Shown: in pieces, positions 27,588-37,624 of the stretch | Numbering within the stretch: position 1 is the first letter of the stretch | Layout: every line of letters begins with the position of its first letter | Source of the DNA: Fimbriimonadia bacterium | Lineage (GTDB): Bacteria; Armatimonadota; Fimbriimonadia; Fimbriimonadales; JABRVX01 | Length of the DNA stretch: 64,000 bases | NCBI GenBank assembly: GCA_041483895.1 | Contig: JBGPGO010000004.1 | Coordinates: 172,590-236,589 of the forward strand | Reading direction: 5' to 3' | Program-made: the position numbers and the translations under genes | The notes under the pieces: model-generated | Told to the model about the DNA's origin: nothing | What the model saw: only the letters and a program-made list of their open reading frames with translations | The model's database searches: none

Positions 27588-28508
27588 GTGGTGGCTGTGA
27601 TGAGCGTGATGGCTCCTGTGAAGCCAGTTACACTAGAGGATATGCCCAATCTGGGGACCGGCAAGAGGGCCAGGCTCCACCGGCTGCTTTACAAGTACGG
27701 CCCAGGGAACGGCACGCTGCTGTTTCTTCCCATCGACCAGGGATTGGAACATGGGCCAAGGGACTTTTTCGTGAATCCCGATTCGGCGGACCCGGAGTTT
27801 GAGCTTCGCCTATGCAAAGAGGTCGGGTTCAGCGCGATCGTGTTCCAGTATGGGATAGCGGACAAGTATATGCCGCGCTTTGCCGGCGAAGTGCCGCTGG
27901 TGCTGAAATTGAACGGGAAGACCGAAATCCCGCCGGACAATGAGGCGCTGTCCTGCATGATCGCCAGTGTGGAGGATGCCTGCCGGCTGGGGGCGGACGC
28001 GATAGGCTACACGCTGTATATCGGCTCGCCGTCGCAGTATGAGGATTTCCATAACTTCCAGCAGGTGCGGCGGGAAGCGGAGGCGCTGGGGATGCCCATG
28101 ATCACCTGGGCCTATCCGCGGGGCGAGGCGATCGCGACGAAGGGCGGCAAGGACAGCCTGTACGCCATTGACTATGCATCGCGTGTGACCGCCGAGCTTG
28201 GGTCGGACGTGGTGAAGATCAACTTCCCGAAGAAGACCTCGCCGGACAGCCCGAAGCCGTACAACACGCTGGAAGAGAGCGATGCCGAGATGATCCGGCG
28301 CGTGGTGGCCTCGGCGGGCAAGCAGTTCGTGGTGATCTCCGGTGGGGAGAAGGGCAGCGACGAAGCCGTGCTGCATAAGGTGACGCTTTCGATGGAAGGC
28401 GGCGCGACGGGGATGATCTTCGGTCGCAACGTCTGGCAGCGGCAGTGGTCCGAGGCGGTCTCCATCTCCGGGCGGATCAAGGACGTCCTGTTGCGGTTTG
28501 GGAGATAG
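27588..28508 (+). CDS. fbaB: Class I fructose-bisphosphate aldolase (DhnA/FbaB family)
   Basis: LPIDQGLEHGP, LKLNGK, GYTLYIGS, WAYPRG, DVVKIN, SGG, GRNVWQR. Confidence 0.92.
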   Translation: MVAVMSVMAPVKPVTLEDMPNLGTGKRARLHRLLYKYGPGNGTLLFLPIDQGLEHGPRDFFVNPDSADPEFELRLCKEVGFSAIVFQYGIADKYMPRFAGEVPLVLKLNGKTEIPPDNEALSCMIASVEDACRLGADAIGYTLYIGSPSQYEDFHNFQQVRREAEALGMPMITWAYPRGEAIATKGGKDSLYAIDYASRVTAELGSDVVKINFPKKTSPDSPKPYNTLEESDAEMIRRVVASAGKQFVVISGGEKGSDEAVLHKVTLSMEGGATGMIFGRNVWQRQWSEAVSISGRIKDVLLRFGR

Positions 28509-28519
28509 GATAAGGCAGC

Positions 28520-29500
28520 GTGCTAACCGACAGCGACGTCCACTATCTCGCTGGCCTCCTATTGCTTTTGTCGACGGATTCTAATGTTCGCATCGACCTT
28601 GGGAAGAAGGTGGTGGATGCGACGATCCCCAAGCCCCGCGATGTAGACGTAGTCCTAACGACAACCAAGGAAGGAGTCGATGAGCACTCCCTGGGCGGCA
28701 TAGAGGTAAAGGATCACGATCGAAAGTTGGACGTGACGCACGTGGAGCAACTCGGCGCAAAGCTGCGTGACATGCCCGCGCTCGAGACTCGCGGTATCGT
28801 CTCCGCGAGCGGCTACACAGACCCGGCCCTCAAGAAATGCGAGGCTTACGGTGTGCGAGCCCTTTGCCTTCAGCGCTGGATTCCCGCCGAGTCCCCGTTA
28901 AACCACGTCTCATTTCCGGCGGACCTGTGTTTCAGCGCTCCTCTTCTAGTTCCCCATGGCCCCATTGGCCTTCGGTATACATCCGGCTCTAATGATTCAG
29001 TGGTCAACCCCGCAGAGAGCGCGAGACCGTGCGAGTGGTATGTAGACGGTGTTCGCCAGGCGAACATCACCACCATCGGGCAGCTAAACGACGCGATTCT
29101 CGCGGCGTTCCACGAAGGTCTTCCGGAAGACATGCGCAACCACATCACGGAGAACGGACCCTTCCCATTTGATATGCGGCTGTTGTTCACGGAGAAGGAG
29201 CACATGCTCACGCTAAACGGGGATACCTATAAGATCGACTCAGTTGCAATCCAGGGTAATCTGTCACGCAAAGTGGACCAGATTCCAATGGATTGGCGAG
29301 CGCTCGTCGATGCCACAAGCGGTGACTATTTCGCCGGAGCAGGCGTGGCTGTTTTGCAGAATGGAGCCCTCATCGGGCTGGCGCTGACAACTCGCAATGA
29401 GCAGGCCCATATCATTCACGTTTCGCCTGAGGATCGAGTTCGACGGGTGATACGCAACCAGAATCTTGGGCCGGCAGTATGCGAGACGGTGGTGGGGTAG
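28520..29500 (+). CDS. Mrr-like PD-(D/E)XK restriction endonuclease domain protein
   Basis: RDVDV...IEVKDH..LDVTHVEQL...GIVSASGYT..ALK, followed by an unrecognised C-terminal domain. Confidence 0.75.
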   Translation: MLTDSDVHYLAGLLLLLSTDSNVRIDLGKKVVDATIPKPRDVDVVLTTTKEGVDEHSLGGIEVKDHDRKLDVTHVEQLGAKLRDMPALETRGIVSASGYTDPALKKCEAYGVRALCLQRWIPAESPLNHVSFPADLCFSAPLLVPHGPIGLRYTSGSNDSVVNPAESARPCEWYVDGVRQANITTIGQLNDAILAAFHEGLPEDMRNHITENGPFPFDMRLLFTEKEHMLTLNGDTYKIDSVAIQGNLSRKVDQIPMDWRALVDATSGDYFAGAGVAVLQNGALIGLALTTRNEQAHIIHVSPEDRVRRVIRNQNLGPAVCETVVG

Positions 29501-29504
29501 GGCG

Positions 29505-30428
29505 ATGGCCAACTTAGCGCACCCATTCGATCCAATCTCTGAACTCGTACTGGCTAGTACGGACAGTCCCAACCAAAGAGCTATTAGGGAGATTGAGAAT
29601 CACTACCACGTCGCCATGATCGCTGACAACATGCAAGCCTTAATGCATCATCAAGCGAACATGCTAAAGGTTCAGTTGGGCCATGCTGCCATATCAAAGG
29701 CGGGATTCGAAGCCCTGAGTGCGCAGCAAGCGGAGACGAATGCGTTTCTCGCGGACATCGGGATGACGCTTGATGACATCCTTTACACCCAAGAACTTGT
29801 CCTTTCAGAGTTGCAGGGGCTGCACGCAACCGTCGCAGAAGGCTTCGAGAGGGTCGCGAATGAGCTGATTGCTCAGCGGAAGGTTCTTGAGACGATAGCA
29901 GACACCCTCAAGAAACCCTATGAGACGAAAGCGAGAGAACTCCGAAACGAAGCGGACAAATGGCTGAAGCAGGGGATGAAGCGAAAGGGGCAAGACAGGG
30001 TGGAGGACTACAAGGATGCCCTGCGGCTCTTACAGACCTGCACGGAGAACCCAATCGGAATGGAGGACTATGTGGTTTGGTTTCAGATCGGCTGGCTGCA
30101 CTGGAAGCATCTGGAAGATGTGGGGGCCGCAGAACGCGCGTTCTACCGATCCGCTCGGCTTGCGGAATCATCCGGCGATCTTTATTATGTGAACGCCTTA
30201 CGCCATCAGGCATATATGCTCTCTTCTCTGGGGCGGGACGAAGACGCTTATGAGAGATGCCTGCGCGCCTCCCGTACGACGCGTCAACACGCAAAGTTGT
30301 TTGATCTCGCGCGGTACGCCAAGAAGACTGGCCGGACGGAGGAAGCTGCAGCACTGTTAGACGAGGCTCTCGTTTTGCACCCGCCCTTGATCGTGGCAAT
30401 GTATGGAGAATCGGATTTTGGCACCTAA
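29505..30428 (+). CDS. Coiled-coil plus TPR-like protein
   Basis: Helical N-terminus, then repeats VWFQIGWLH..AERAFYRS, ALRHQAYMLSSLGRDEDAY, FDLARY..GRTEEAA. Confidence 0.7.
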   Translation: MANLAHPFDPISELVLASTDSPNQRAIREIENHYHVAMIADNMQALMHHQANMLKVQLGHAAISKAGFEALSAQQAETNAFLADIGMTLDDILYTQELVLSELQGLHATVAEGFERVANELIAQRKVLETIADTLKKPYETKARELRNEADKWLKQGMKRKGQDRVEDYKDALRLLQTCTENPIGMEDYVVWFQIGWLHWKHLEDVGAAERAFYRSARLAESSGDLYYVNALRHQAYMLSSLGRDEDAYERCLRASRTTRQHAKLFDLARYAKKTGRTEEAAALLDEALVLHPPLIVAMYGESDFGT

Positions 30429-31131
30429 TCCGTGGCTTGATGCAATTGCGAATGCGAGGACAGCCTCCGGCCAAAGAGAAGTTGCCGACGCAACGCACGC
30501 CCTCTTTGACGAGTGCGAGCGCCTTCAGAGCATTGCCAAAGGCATCGGCATGGAATTGGGATTGCCTTGGGCTAGCCATGCGATCAGCGACATCCTGTAC
30601 GCAGGCGGAGAGGCCCTGAGTGCGGATTATTTGACTTGCGTCACGGCTTGCCGGCGCTTGAAGGAAGCCCAATTAGAAGCCCGAAAACACGCTCTTCTTC
30701 ATATCAGTGAGGCACTTGTGGCGCAGAAATCCGAGGTTCTTAGACTTCGAGAACTTGTCGCAAGGGTACAACAGGCTGACCTTAGCGCCGACGAAGATAC
30801 CATGCAGCAGGGGGGTTTGATATGGGGTCTCGGCTGCTTCTCACTGGTTGTCGCATATTGTGTAATGGGAGTGCAAAGCCCGAGGCTTATGCTGCTTGGA
30901 CCGACATTTGCGACCCTTTTCAAAGTGGCCACGATCACCGCAAGCGTAGCGCTCGTCTGGTGGATCACTCGTTTGGTTCCCAGATATGGCAGGGCGGCTG
31001 AATTGCGCAGTGCTAAATCCGAAGTCCAGAAGGCCGAAGAACGATATGTTGAACTCCGGGCCGCAGTTGATCAGGTCAACCGAACCCCGTGGATGGTTTC
31101 GCGCGAAGCTATTTTGAAGGAGCTTGGCTGA
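30403..31131 (+). CDS. Coiled-coil protein with two TM segments
   Basis: Overlaps the TPR gene by 26 nt; two hydrophobic segments flanked by coiled coils. Confidence 0.6.
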   Translation: MENRILAPNPWLDAIANARTASGQREVADATHALFDECERLQSIAKGIGMELGLPWASHAISDILYAGGEALSADYLTCVTACRRLKEAQLEARKHALLHISEALVAQKSEVLRLRELVARVQQADLSADEDTMQQGGLIWGLGCFSLVVAYCVMGVQSPRLMLLGPTFATLFKVATITASVALVWWITRLVPRYGRAAELRSAKSEVQKAEERYVELRAAVDQVNRTPWMVSREAILKELG

Positions 31132-31174
31132 AATATCGATTTCGAGTAACTTCGACTGTCCTCATGTTCACACG

Positions 31175-31345
31175 TCAAGTTAGGGAGCGCTCCTCTTCAA
31201 GGGGCTTTGGGAAACGACATACCTCGACCGATGCTCGTTCGACCGTCACCTTCGCCGGGGGGTGGAGTTTGGTCGCGGTGAGGTCGACTTCGGTGACCAT
31301 GGGGAACTGCTCCAAGATGGCGTCGGCCAGGACTGAGGCGAGGCG
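31175..31345 (-). pseudogene. Displaced 3' fragment of folB
   Basis: 31218-31345 matches 32156-32283 with about 14 mismatches in 128 bp (manual count); reads RLASVLADAILEQFP..ATKLHPPA. Confidence 0.9.
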
Positions 31346-31406
31346 CTTGGTCGGATCCCAACTCACATGAAAACCGGCCGCCGGGTAAACTGAGCCGAGA
31401 CAACCC

Positions 31407-31721
31407 ATGAACGAACAGGAAGCCGTCGAACTCGTCAGTCAGCGGATGCGGGAGCTGTTCGACGTGCGTAGAATCCTCCTCTTCGGCTCGCGGGCAAGGG
31501 GCGGGGCCAAGCCGGATAGCGACTATGACGTGCTCGTCATCGCCGATACGGACGTACCGTTCATCGAGCGGCAAGGCATGGGCTTATTGGCCATCGGGGC
31601 GCGTGATTTCGCCATCGACCTCTTGATCTACACGCCGAGCGAAGCCGAAAAGGCTGCGTCTATCCCCGGGTCGGCACTGTACTGGGCCGAGCGTGAAGGT
31701 CGGGTGGTGTATGCCAAGTAG
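31407..31721 (+). CDS. Minimal nucleotidyltransferase (MNT) antitoxin
   Basis: LFGSRARG..PDSDYDVLVI..IDLLIYTP. Confidence 0.92.
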   Translation: MNEQEAVELVSQRMRELFDVRRILLFGSRARGGAKPDSDYDVLVIADTDVPFIERQGMGLLAIGARDFAIDLLIYTPSEAEKAASIPGSALYWAEREGRVVYAK

Positions 31722-32085
31722 CGCGACGCAGGAATGGCTCGACAAAGCCAAAGAAGACGAGCAGGTCGTCCTTCTCATGAAGAATGCCGGTGGACCGTGG
31801 GGCATAGCGGCGTACCACATCCAACAGGCTGCTGAGAAGTACATCAAGGCATCTCTTGTCGAGGCGGGCCTGGCGCCCCCAAAGACGCACGACCTGGAAC
31901 AGCTCTTTCAGTTACATCCAGAGCCTGCTCCGTCGACTCTGGTGCAACACGCCGCCGCCATGCTGAGCGCCTACGCTTGGCTGACAAGGTACCCCGGAAC
32001 ACCGCCCATCGAAGAAAGCCACGTGATCACAGCCGAATCCCAGCTTGCAACGATCAAGGCATGGGTGTTGGCGAACATTCCTTGA
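31711..32085 (+). CDS. HEPN domain protein
   Basis: EWLDKAKED..YHIQQAAEKYIKA..KTHDL..TRYP. Confidence 0.9.
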   Translation: MPSSATQEWLDKAKEDEQVVLLMKNAGGPWGIAAYHIQQAAEKYIKASLVEAGLAPPKTHDLEQLFQLHPEPAPSTLVQHAAAMLSAYAWLTRYPGTPPIEESHVITAESQLATIKAWVLANIP

Positions 32086-32124
32086 TCAGGGGCCGCTTCC
32101 AGATTCGTTTGATGCGAAGATCGT

Positions 32125-32511
32125 TCAGTTCGACCCCATTCCGGATATGGACCTGCATACTTCGACCGATGCGCGATCCACAATCACCTTCGCCGGGGGG
32201 TGGAGTTTGGTGGCGGTGAGGGTGAGCTCGGTGACCGTGGGGAACCGCTCCAAGATGGCGTCGGCCAGGACCGAGGCGAGGCGTTCCAGGAGGTTGAACT
32301 TCTCCCGCGCGCCAATCTCCACGATGAGCCGGGCGACGTCGGAGTAGGAGACCGTGTCGGCCAGGTCGTCTGTCTCGCAGGCTTTCGTGAAGTCGCCATG
32401 CAGCGTGACATCCACGGAATACCGGTGCCCGACCTGTTTCTCCTCCGGCGAGACGCCATGAAACCCGTAGAACTCAATGCCCTCGATGCGAATTATGGTC
32501 GTCACGTCCAA
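32125..32511 (-). CDS. folB: Dihydroneopterin aldolase
   Basis: FYGFHGVSPEEK..GH..D..TDDLADTVSYS..NLLE..K..PP. Start may instead be the GTG at 32505. Confidence 0.95.
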   Translation of the reverse strand: MDVTTIIRIEGIEFYGFHGVSPEEKQVGHRYSVDVTLHGDFTKACETDDLADTVSYSDVARLIVEIGAREKFNLLERLASVLADAILERFPTVTELTLTATKLHPPAKVIVDRASVEVCRSISGMGSN

Positions 32512-32530
32512 AGGATACCTTTCGTTACAG

Positions 32531-32777
32531 TGTAGCCGCGGGTCCTCGTTCTGAACCGTGATCGAATCGCCGCCGCCAAGACCCGGGCGTGACCACGGTG
32601 GAAGCGCTCAAGCGGTATCGGATCATCCAACGTGGTCTCTCGCAGGTTTTGTACCAGACGATTCGAAAGGGGTATCAGAACGAGAACCTGCGGCTACCGG
32701 AAATTGCCATCGCCAAGTCACTCGCAGGTTTTGTTCCGGGCGATTCGGAACGGGTGTCAGAACGAGAACCTGCGGCG
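32531..32777. repeat. Composite GTAGCCGC-type repeat element between folB and uvrC
   Basis: ~56-bp direct repeats CTCGCAGGTTTTGT..TCAGAACGAGAACCTGCGGC at ~32639 and 32721, plus an inverted copy TGTAGCCGCGGGTCCTCGTTCTGA at 32531. Confidence 0.75.
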
Positions 32778-32818
32778 CCATGAAGAATCGCGAGCCATCC
32801 CACGTATCATAATAGGAT

Positions 32819-34639
32819 ATGGCCGTTGAGGAGAAGCTGAAGGGGCTGCCGAAGGACCCCGGCTGTTACATCTTTAAGGATAAGGGTGGGGGCATTCTAT
32901 ACGTCGGGAAGGCCCTCGACCTGCGCTCGCGCGTGCGCAGCTACTTCCTAAAGTCCGCCAAGCACGGCCCCCGAATTGCCCGCCTGGTCTCCAACATCGC
33001 CGACCTGGAAGTCATGGTGACCGACACCGAGCTGGAGGCGCTGGTCCTGGAATGCACCCTGATCAAGCAGCACCGGCCCCCATACAACGTCCGCATGCGC
33101 GACGACAAATCCTATCCCTACATCGCCGTCACGATCAACGAAATGTTCCCTCGCGTCATGTTCACCCGGCGCCGGAAGAAGGACGGCACCCGCTATTTCG
33201 GCCCGTTCACCAGCGCCTTCGCCGTCCGAGATACTTTGCGGCTGCTCCACAAACTGTTCCCCCTCATCCCGTGCCAAAAGGTGTTCCGCAACAGGTCGGA
33301 GCAGAAACCCTGCCTGTACTACCACCTAGGCCAGTGCCTCGCTCCGTGCGCCGGCCTCTCGGACCGAGCAAAGTATAAGGAGATCGTTCGGCAAGTTATA
33401 CTTTTCTTGGAAGGCAGGCAGGAGGAGCTGGCCGACAAGATACGCCAAGAGATGGACCAGGCGAGCGAGCAATTAGAGTTCGAGAAGGCGGCGGCGCTGC
33501 GCGACAAGCTGGCCAGCATCGAGGCCGTGCTGCAGCGCCAAAAGGTGGTGACCGACGAGACCACGGACCAGGACGTTGTCGCCATCGTGAAGGACGAGCG
33601 CGGGGCGTGTGTTCAGATGTTCTATGTGCGGCACGGCAAGCTGGTCGGGCAGCGGTCCTATTTCCTCGACGCCGCGCAAGAGGCCAGCCCGGAGGTCGCG
33701 GTGCAGGAGTTCGTCAAGCAGTTCTATTCCGATTCGCCCGAGGTGCCGCGGGAGATCCTGCTGCCGGTGGAGATTGAGGAGCGCAACATAATCCAGCAGT
33801 GGCTTCGGCAGCGGAAGGGCGCGGCGGTGAGCGTGAACGTGCCGCAGGGCGGCCAGAAGCTGCGGCTGGTAGAGATGGCGGCGACGAACGCGGAATTAGC
33901 GCTGACCGGGTTCAAATCCGACCTGGCGAAGCGCGAGGCGTGGGCGGACGAAGCGATGGCGCAGTTGCAGGAGGCGCTCGATTTGGAGACGCTTCCAATG
34001 CGGATCGAGTGTTATGATATATCCAACATACAAGGCACCGCGCCGGTCGGCAGCATGGTGGTGATGGATAACGGCGAGCTGGCGAAGGACGAATATCGGC
34101 GGTTTAAGATCAAGTTCATGCCGGAAAGCCCGGACGATTTCGCCATGATGCGGGAGGTGATCCAGCGACGGCTGCGGGCCACCATCGAGGGGGATGAGCG
34201 GTTCAGCAAAGCGCCGGACCTGATGGTGATCGATGGCGGCAAGGGGCAGCTCAATGCGGCGTTGGAGGCGATGGAGGACGTGCGACTTTCTTATCCTGTT
34301 GTTGGCCTCGCGAAGAAGCAGGAACTGGTCTTTTTGCCTGGGAAGTCTGACCCGGTGGCGCTGCCGGATAACTCGCCGGGGCTGAACCTGTTGCGACGGC
34401 TGCGGGACGAAGCGCACCGGTTTGCGCTCAGCTACCATCGGAAGCTGCGCGAGAAGCGGGCGGTGGGGTCGGTTCTGGAGGAGATTCCGGGCGTGGGTCC
34501 TCGGCGGCGGAGGCTGCTTTTGCGGACGTTTGGGTCGGTGCAGGCGATCAAAGATTCATCGCTTCAGGCCATCGCGTCGGTGCCGACGATGACGGAGTCG
34601 ATGGCGAAGCGGGTCAAGGAGTATCTGGCCGAGACCTAG
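32819..34639 (+). CDS. uvrC: Excinuclease ABC subunit C
   Basis: GIY-YIG YVGKA, DDKSYPY, IECYDISN, DGGKGQL, RDEAHRFA, HhH. Confidence 0.99.
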   Translation: MAVEEKLKGLPKDPGCYIFKDKGGGILYVGKALDLRSRVRSYFLKSAKHGPRIARLVSNIADLEVMVTDTELEALVLECTLIKQHRPPYNVRMRDDKSYPYIAVTINEMFPRVMFTRRRKKDGTRYFGPFTSAFAVRDTLRLLHKLFPLIPCQKVFRNRSEQKPCLYYHLGQCLAPCAGLSDRAKYKEIVRQVILFLEGRQEELADKIRQEMDQASEQLEFEKAAALRDKLASIEAVLQRQKVVTDETTDQDVVAIVKDERGACVQMFYVRHGKLVGQRSYFLDAAQEASPEVAVQEFVKQFYSDSPEVPREILLPVEIEERNIIQQWLRQRKGAAVSVNVPQGGQKLRLVEMAATNAELALTGFKSDLAKREAWADEAMAQLQEALDLETLPMRIECYDISNIQGTAPVGSMVVMDNGELAKDEYRRFKIKFMPESPDDFAMMREVIQRRLRATIEGDERFSKAPDLMVIDGGKGQLNAALEAMEDVRLSYPVVGLAKKQELVFLPGKSDPVALPDNSPGLNLLRRLRDEAHRFALSYHRKLREKRAVGSVLEEIPGVGPRRRRLLLRTFGSVQAIKDSSLQAIASVPTMTESMAKRVKEYLAET

Positions 34640-35019
34640 CGAGAATACGGTTCTTGGGTGCTCAACTCACTAATGCAGCTATAGTGTTTGCGATTGAAAG
34701 TGTACAAGGATTTGTTGATCGCAATGGCATGGGCGGCAATCAGCGCGTCCAACATCCCTAGCCCGTTGCTCAGTCGATGGCTTGTGAACAGATTGAATGC
34801 CGCCTCGCATGTGGTTCTATCAGGCCACAGCATATTGAATCGGTTGAGAAATCCCGATACAGCATTTTGTTCACTCAGATCCCTACAGCCCTGAATCAAT
34901 TCCATCGCCACAAATCCAGACACTCCGACAATTTCATCCGGTTGATCCCGCAACCAACGTTCAGCGCCATCGACTCCGCGAAGGATGTCGATCGCGACGT
35001 CGGAATCCAGAAAAATCAA
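34636..35019 (-). CDS. VapC/PIN domain toxin
   Basis: IFLDSDVAID, MELIQG, DALIAA, YTFNRKHY. Confidence 0.92.
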   Translation of the reverse strand: MIFLDSDVAIDILRGVDGAERWLRDQPDEIVGVSGFVAMELIQGCRDLSEQNAVSGFLNRFNMLWPDRTTCEAAFNLFTSHRLSNGLGMLDALIAAHAIAINKSLYTFNRKHYSCISELSTQEPYSR

Positions 35020-35276
35020 CCGAGAGAACCTCGATGTTCCATTTGCTCTCTCAGCCGCTTTGAGAATTCGGTACTATCCGCGATGTCATCCCTGTCGGCC
35101 CAAAGCCCAACAAGCCCAGATTCAAGCAAATCCTCGCATGTCGGGAACGGTCTTTCTCTTTCCATGGCGGGCTGACTTATCACAACGTGGATCTTTTCAC
35201 CAGATTTGAACGGCAGACCCGCCAAGTGGAGTTGGCCATCGTCTTGAACAATGACTTCTGTCTCGTACGCTTCCAT
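35016..35276 (-). CDS. Antitoxin partner of VapC
   Basis: VQDDGQLHL..LPFKSGEKIHVVI, GLWADRDD; overlaps the toxin start. Confidence 0.75.
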   Translation of the reverse strand: MEAYETEVIVQDDGQLHLAGLPFKSGEKIHVVISQPAMERERPFPTCEDLLESGLVGLWADRDDIADSTEFSKRLREQMEHRGSLG

Positions 35277-35569
35277 CAGAAAATACAATACCCTATTCGT
35301 AGAAGGCAATGTACAGCAGGCGACAATTGGGATGCTTGCTACGAATTTCGACGGGACTTTGACCGGACCGCAAAGCATGTCCTGCATGGCCTGGGAGACA
35401 GGTCGGCGGCAAACCGCCATGGGGTTGGTCCAATTCACAATGAGCTATCACGCTTGAGCCTTCGGAAATTCCGGTCTCGCAGGAAGAACCTGCAAGCAAT
35501 TCGGTCCGATGTTTCGCTACAATAGTGAACTTATCCGGTAGGAATCCGCTCCTAATCCATGGAGGATTG

Positions 35570-37510
35570 ATGTCTAGAGTTTTCGTAGCCATTTGGGTCG
35601 TCCTGTTGCTTCTGCCCGCGATTGTCCGCGCCGACAAGGACTTCGACTGGGATAGTGAAACCGTCTCCGCCAAAGATCTGATGGAGCTTGCCAAGAAAAT
35701 CCCGGAAGGCTTCAAGGATTCGACCGCCACAGTTCTGGACAAAGGGGTATTCATATACAAGAAAAATGGTAGGACATTTGAATTCGCCCAATTTGCGGAG
35801 AAACTGATGGAAGGCGACCCGAATGGCGACGAGAGTGAGGGATCGTTCGATTACAACTCCTACTACGAGAAACTGCTCTACTATCGTGTGGAAACGATCC
35901 TCCCCAGTGGCAAAGTTGTCGTCCTTCCCGACACAGATTATGAAAAAGAAAAGACGGAACTGGGGATGGCGTCGGTTAACTATCACTTTCCGTCAGTGAA
36001 AAAGAGCTGCATTCTGAACTATGTATTTGTTAAAGAATATGTCAAAGACATTATGCCCAATCATATGTCCGGAAACTGGTCCTATTGGGTCGGAACGCCG
36101 GTCGTACAATGCACCCTGATACTGGACTATCCCACCAATAAGCCGTTCCAATTGATGCAACTGAACAACTCCACAAAAGAGGTAACCACGCCGCTGTTCA
36201 ATGGCGCGCGAACCCGCAAGACGTGGACCGTTCAAAAGCTGGATCCGATGGAAGAGGAATATGCCATGCCGGACGAATACGAACTTTCCGTGCGGACCAT
36301 ATTCACTACTACTCTGGCATGGACGGATATCAGCAAGTGGTATTCTGGACTGACATCGAATATGACATCGTTGGATGCGTCCTCTGGTACGGCGCTCGAT
36401 GTTGCGACGAAGGATGCCAAGACGGACATGGAGAAGGCGGCGGCGATTTGGAAATACGTCGTCACCAACTTTCGGTATGTTGCCGTCACTCTTGGCACCG
36501 GTACACACAAGCCGCACTCTCCCAGCGAGGTCTTCGCCAAGAAATATGGCGACTGCAAGGATCAAAGTCTATTTCTTGTCACGGCCCTCAAGCGATACGG
36601 AATCAAGTCGTGGCTGGTGTTGTTGCACGCTGGGGATCAGATACCCTTCACCAACGAACTGCCTACGCTGGACGCATTCAATCATGTCATCGTTTGCGCT
36701 GAGATCGACGGCAAGCGATTCTGGCTCGATCCCAGCGCAGGCAAGTGGCCGATCGAAGTAACACCAAATTCCGCGCAAGGCGTTCAGGTGCTGCTTGTTC
36801 GAGAAGACGGGGGAGAGATTATTTCGATCCCCAAGGAGCAAGAAGGCTCATTGCGTGATATGAAGTTTGCCGTGCATCTGGACATCAATGAGGATGGAAG
36901 CGAGACGATGAAGACGGTTGCGAAGCTGCCGAGATTTGCGATGCTGACAATCAAGGAATTTGGAATCGATCCTGATGAAAAGAAGCAGGTCGAAGAATAC
37001 ATCAAGTCCAGCACCACGGGGGAAAGCTCCCGACTCAAAGATGTGAAGATTGATTTTCCGGATCCGACTTCCAGCGACGAAGGCGTAATCACTGTCACCG
37101 GCAGGCTATCAACGGCCGGGCAAACGATTGGTGATCTGCTCATCGTTAAGGCCATTTCGAATCAAGAAGACGATGACATCGATATGAAGCACTATGTAGG
37201 TGAAAACGGCAAGCGCGATTATCCGTTCGTCTACCCATCGGCCAGCGATCGAAGCTATGAGCTTTATCTGACATTCCCTAAAGGCTGGTCTATCGTGGAG
37301 AATCTGTCGCCGTATTCGCTCAAAGGTCCGGGAAGAGTGGAGAGCCAGGTCGTGGACATAAACGGCAACACAATCCACTACATCATGCGGGAACAGACGT
37401 TCAAAATGAACGAGCCTCTGTCTGCGTTAGACAAGATTGTTGCGTATGAAAAGGAACTCGTCAAGGCGCGGAAAGGGAAGCTGGTCTTGCGAATGTCCAA
37501 GCAGCAATAG
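35570..37510 (+). CDS. Secreted DUF3857/transglutaminase-like protein
   Basis: Signal peptide; FRYVAV, GDCKDQ, FNHVIV, WLDPS catalytic triad. Confidence 0.9.
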   Translation: MSRVFVAIWVVLLLLPAIVRADKDFDWDSETVSAKDLMELAKKIPEGFKDSTATVLDKGVFIYKKNGRTFEFAQFAEKLMEGDPNGDESEGSFDYNSYYEKLLYYRVETILPSGKVVVLPDTDYEKEKTELGMASVNYHFPSVKKSCILNYVFVKEYVKDIMPNHMSGNWSYWVGTPVVQCTLILDYPTNKPFQLMQLNNSTKEVTTPLFNGARTRKTWTVQKLDPMEEEYAMPDEYELSVRTIFTTTLAWTDISKWYSGLTSNMTSLDASSGTALDVATKDAKTDMEKAAAIWKYVVTNFRYVAVTLGTGTHKPHSPSEVFAKKYGDCKDQSLFLVTALKRYGIKSWLVLLHAGDQIPFTNELPTLDAFNHVIVCAEIDGKRFWLDPSAGKWPIEVTPNSAQGVQVLLVREDGGEIISIPKEQEGSLRDMKFAVHLDINEDGSETMKTVAKLPRFAMLTIKEFGIDPDEKKQVEEYIKSSTTGESSRLKDVKIDFPDPTSSDEGVITVTGRLSTAGQTIGDLLIVKAISNQEDDDIDMKHYVGENGKRDYPFVYPSASDRSYELYLTFPKGWSIVENLSPYSLKGPGRVESQVVDINGNTIHYIMREQTFKMNEPLSALDKIVAYEKELVKARKGKLVLRMSKQQ

Positions 37511-37624
37511 TCCGCCTGGCAAGGACCTCCGTGACCTGAACCAACGAGCCGCCATCCAATCCCGTTGGAAAATGGAAAGTGTGTCACACTCAGGTTAGGT
37601 CCCGTAAGGACCGGAGGTACTAGG

